Of a DNA stretch of 64,000 nt, positions 61,998-64,000 are shown one piece after another. The notes below the pieces were generated by a model. It was not told the origin of the DNA. It saw nothing but the letters and a program-made list of their open reading frames with translations, and made no database searches. How positions within the stretch are numbered: the stretch's first letter is position 1; each line of letters starts with the position of its first letter. Position numbers and translations under genes: made by a program. The DNA is from Spirochaetia bacterium (lineage in GTDB: Bacteria; Spirochaetota; Spirochaetia; CADAEX01), in assembly GCA_963662265.2 (NCBI GenBank), contig CAXXHA010000008.1, positions 32,001 to 96,000 on the forward strand, given 5' to 3'.

Positions 61998-62849
61998 TCA
62001 ACCCAGAAGCGCTTTAAGCTCTTCAAGTGTTTCCTTTTTTATGCTGAATGAGTGTTCAGGTCCCGGAAAACTTCCCTCCTTGACCTCTCTGCTGTACATG
62101 GAAAGCGCCTTGACAGATTCTGAATAAATATCTGCATAAACCTTCACAAACTTTGGTGTAAACTTCCTGTACATTCCAAGCATGTCATGATAGACAAGTA
62201 CCTGCCCGTCACACCCTGCGCCTGCTCCTATTCCTATAGTAGGGACAGAAATCTTTTCCGTGATAATTTGTGCAAGCCCTGAAGGAATTGCTTCAAGCAC
62301 TATTGCATATGCACCTGCCTCATCAAGGGCTACAGCATCATCCACCATTTTCTTTGCAGCATCAAGCTTCTTACCCTGTACCTTGTGTCCCCCGAGAAGT
62401 GCTGCTGTCTGGGGAGTTAGCCCTATGTGGCCGCATACCGGGATACCTGCCTTGAATACAGCGCTAACTGTATCGGCATAGTCTGTCCCCCCTTCAAGCT
62501 TGACAGAATCGGCCCTTCCTTTCTGGTAGAGTATGCCTGCATTTTCTATTGCCTGTTCTTTTGAAATATTGTAGCTCATGAAAGGCATATCGCCAATAAC
62601 ATGGGTATCCGGTGCTCCCCTCGTAACAGCCCTGATATGGATAAGCATATCATCCATTGTAACCGGGACTGTATCGCTGTATCCCAGTTCCACCATACCG
62701 AGAGAATCCCCGACAAGAATCATATCTACCCCGGCTTCCTCTGCTATCTGGGCCTGCGGATAGGAATAGGCAGTTACAACAGATATTTTATCTCCCTCTT
62801 TTTTCATGTCTTTAAGATTATTAAGAAGCAGTTTGCTGTTTCCTGACAT
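61998..62849 (-). CDS. panB: 3-methyl-2-oxobutanoate hydroxymethyltransferase
   Basis: LVGDSLG, DMPFMSY, KLEGG, GHIGLTPQ, GIGAG..CDGQVLV. Confidence 0.96.
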   Translation of the reverse strand: MSGNSKLLLNNLKDMKKEGDKISVVTAYSYPQAQIAEEAGVDMILVGDSLGMVELGYSDTVPVTMDDMLIHIRAVTRGAPDTHVIGDMPFMSYNISKEQAIENAGILYQKGRADSVKLEGGTDYADTVSAVFKAGIPVCGHIGLTPQTAALLGGHKVQGKKLDAAKKMVDDAVALDEAGAYAIVLEAIPSGLAQIITEKISVPTIGIGAGAGCDGQVLVYHDMLGMYRKFTPKFVKVYADIYSESVKALSMYSREVKEGSFPGPEHSFSIKKETLEELKALLG

Positions 62850-63061
62850 AATTACATCTCCTCATTATTTCAGTCATTCAATTTTCAGGCATTTTACCCA
62901 TCTGATCCATATAACGGAAACCATATCAGATATTACCTGATACATCCGGCAGATCAGACAGCTGAAATATTTCTTCCATATCACACATATATTTAATGCA
63001 TGACAGATTATTCACAGAAATCTTTGTAAATTATTCACTTTTTCTGTAAAATCCAAAAATA

Positions 63062-64000
63062 TTAAAGTATATCGGAAATCACCTTGATTATTTTCTCCGC
63101 AACTTCCTGCTTTGTAGCCATGGGTATCTTTATGTTCAGTCCCTCCCTGGAGAGCAGAATCATCTCGTTTGTGTCTGATTCAAACCCGGCACCGGATTTT
63201 GAAACATCATTGACTGCAATCATATCAGCTGCCGCCTTGTTCATTCTCCAGGATGCATTTTCAACAAGGTCTTTTTCCTCCATATCATGAAGAGCCCTGA
63301 ATGCAAGGAGAAATATATCAGGATACTTTTCCCTGATACTGTCTATAATCTTCGGTGTGGGTTTCAGTTCTATTGTAAGTCTGTCCCTGTTATGGGTTGA
63401 AACCTTCTCAGATGAAGGATTAAGAGCCTGCCAGTCTCCGACAGCTGCAGCCGATGCAAAGAGGTCATATTTTTCCCCTGAAAGCTCGCTGTGGACTGCC
63501 CTGAACATTTTTTCCGCTGTTTCACCGTCAACAACTTTTATTCTTGATGATGGCTTAACTGTTATCTTACCAGCCACAAGCGTGACATCCGCCCCTGCCC
63601 TTAGTGCGGCTTCCGCAATTGCTACCCCCATCTTGCCTGATGAGTTGTTTGATATCACCCTGACAGGATCAAGGTATTCTACAGTCCTTCCCGCTGTCAC
63701 AAGCACCCTCTTGCCTTTAAGCGGCTTGTTTTCAGTCTCGCTGTCCAGTATTTCTATGACTTTTTCAAGTATATCGCTGTTTTCAGGTATTTTAGCCTTA
63801 CCCTCTTCGACACGGGGCATCATGACAGTAATACTGTTTTCTTCAAGCTTTCTGATGTTTTCCTTTACAAAAGGATGCCTGTACATAGGCTCATGCATTG
63901 CAGGGACCACGATAAGAGGTATCCCCTCGCCGAGGCCTGTAGTGACAAATGTTGTCACAGGTGTATCATCTATTCCGCATGCAATTTTTCCCACAGTGTT
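63062..64000 (-). CDS. coaBC: Bifunctional phosphopantothenoylcysteine decarboxylase/synthetase, C-terminal part
   Basis: PAMH..M, VTAG.T.E.LDPVR.ISN.SSGKMG, AAAV.D; starts beyond window. Confidence 0.93.
   Translation of the reverse strand, partial: NTVGKIACGIDDTPVTTFVTTGLGEGIPLIVVPAMHEPMYRHPFVKENIRKLEENSITVMMPRVEEGKAKIPENSDILEKVIEILDSETENKPLKGKRVLVTAGRTVEYLDPVRVISNNSSGKMGVAIAEAALRAGADVTLVAGKITVKPSSRIKVVDGETAEKMFRAVHSELSGEKYDLFASAAAVGDWQALNPSSEKVSTHNRDRLTIELKPTPKIIDSIREKYPDIFLLAFRALHDMEEKDLVENASWRMNKAAADMIAVNDVSKSGAGFESDTNEMILLSREGLNIKIPMATKQEVAEKIIKVISDIL

Noticed and set aside
47186-63290. Short antisense or overlapping ORFs in the housekeeping region
   Set aside because: Shadows of well-supported genes on the opposite strand or in other frames

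Overview
Positions 1-45.5 kb are the attI-proximal part of a large chromosomal integron (super-integron). The integron integrase gene (45642-46862, +) and a putative attI (~45476-45500) sit next to a minus-strand array with 40 attC sites plus one partial cassette at the left edge. The AT-rich protein cassettes encode TA modules, AIPR, GIY-YIG x3, NucS-like, DUF2971 x2, DUF4062, a Lit-like peptidase, AAA ATPases, GNAT and others. An IS21 has inserted inside an attC, an IS3 inside a duplicated cassette, and one cassette carries an IS91-like HUH transposase. The main discovery candidate is that 13 of the 40 cassettes are gene-less and fall into four related families (A-D). Their ~350-435 bp bodies are GC-richer and self-complementary, with G-T wobbles favouring the + strand and one compensatory change. 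They carry conserved downstream-facing sigma70-like promoter motifs, and 11 of 13 use an unusually long (~185-190 bp) attC found on no protein cassette. They are duplicated and reshuffled, and one occupies position 1 at attI. Positions 46.9-64 kb are housekeeping genes (dhaKLM, trpE-GD-CF-B-A, pyrC, folD, panB, coaBC). The host may be a spirochaete (low-confidence inference). Several frameshifts, including in trpB, may be assembly indels. Family assignments come from motif recognition by eye; no searches were run.
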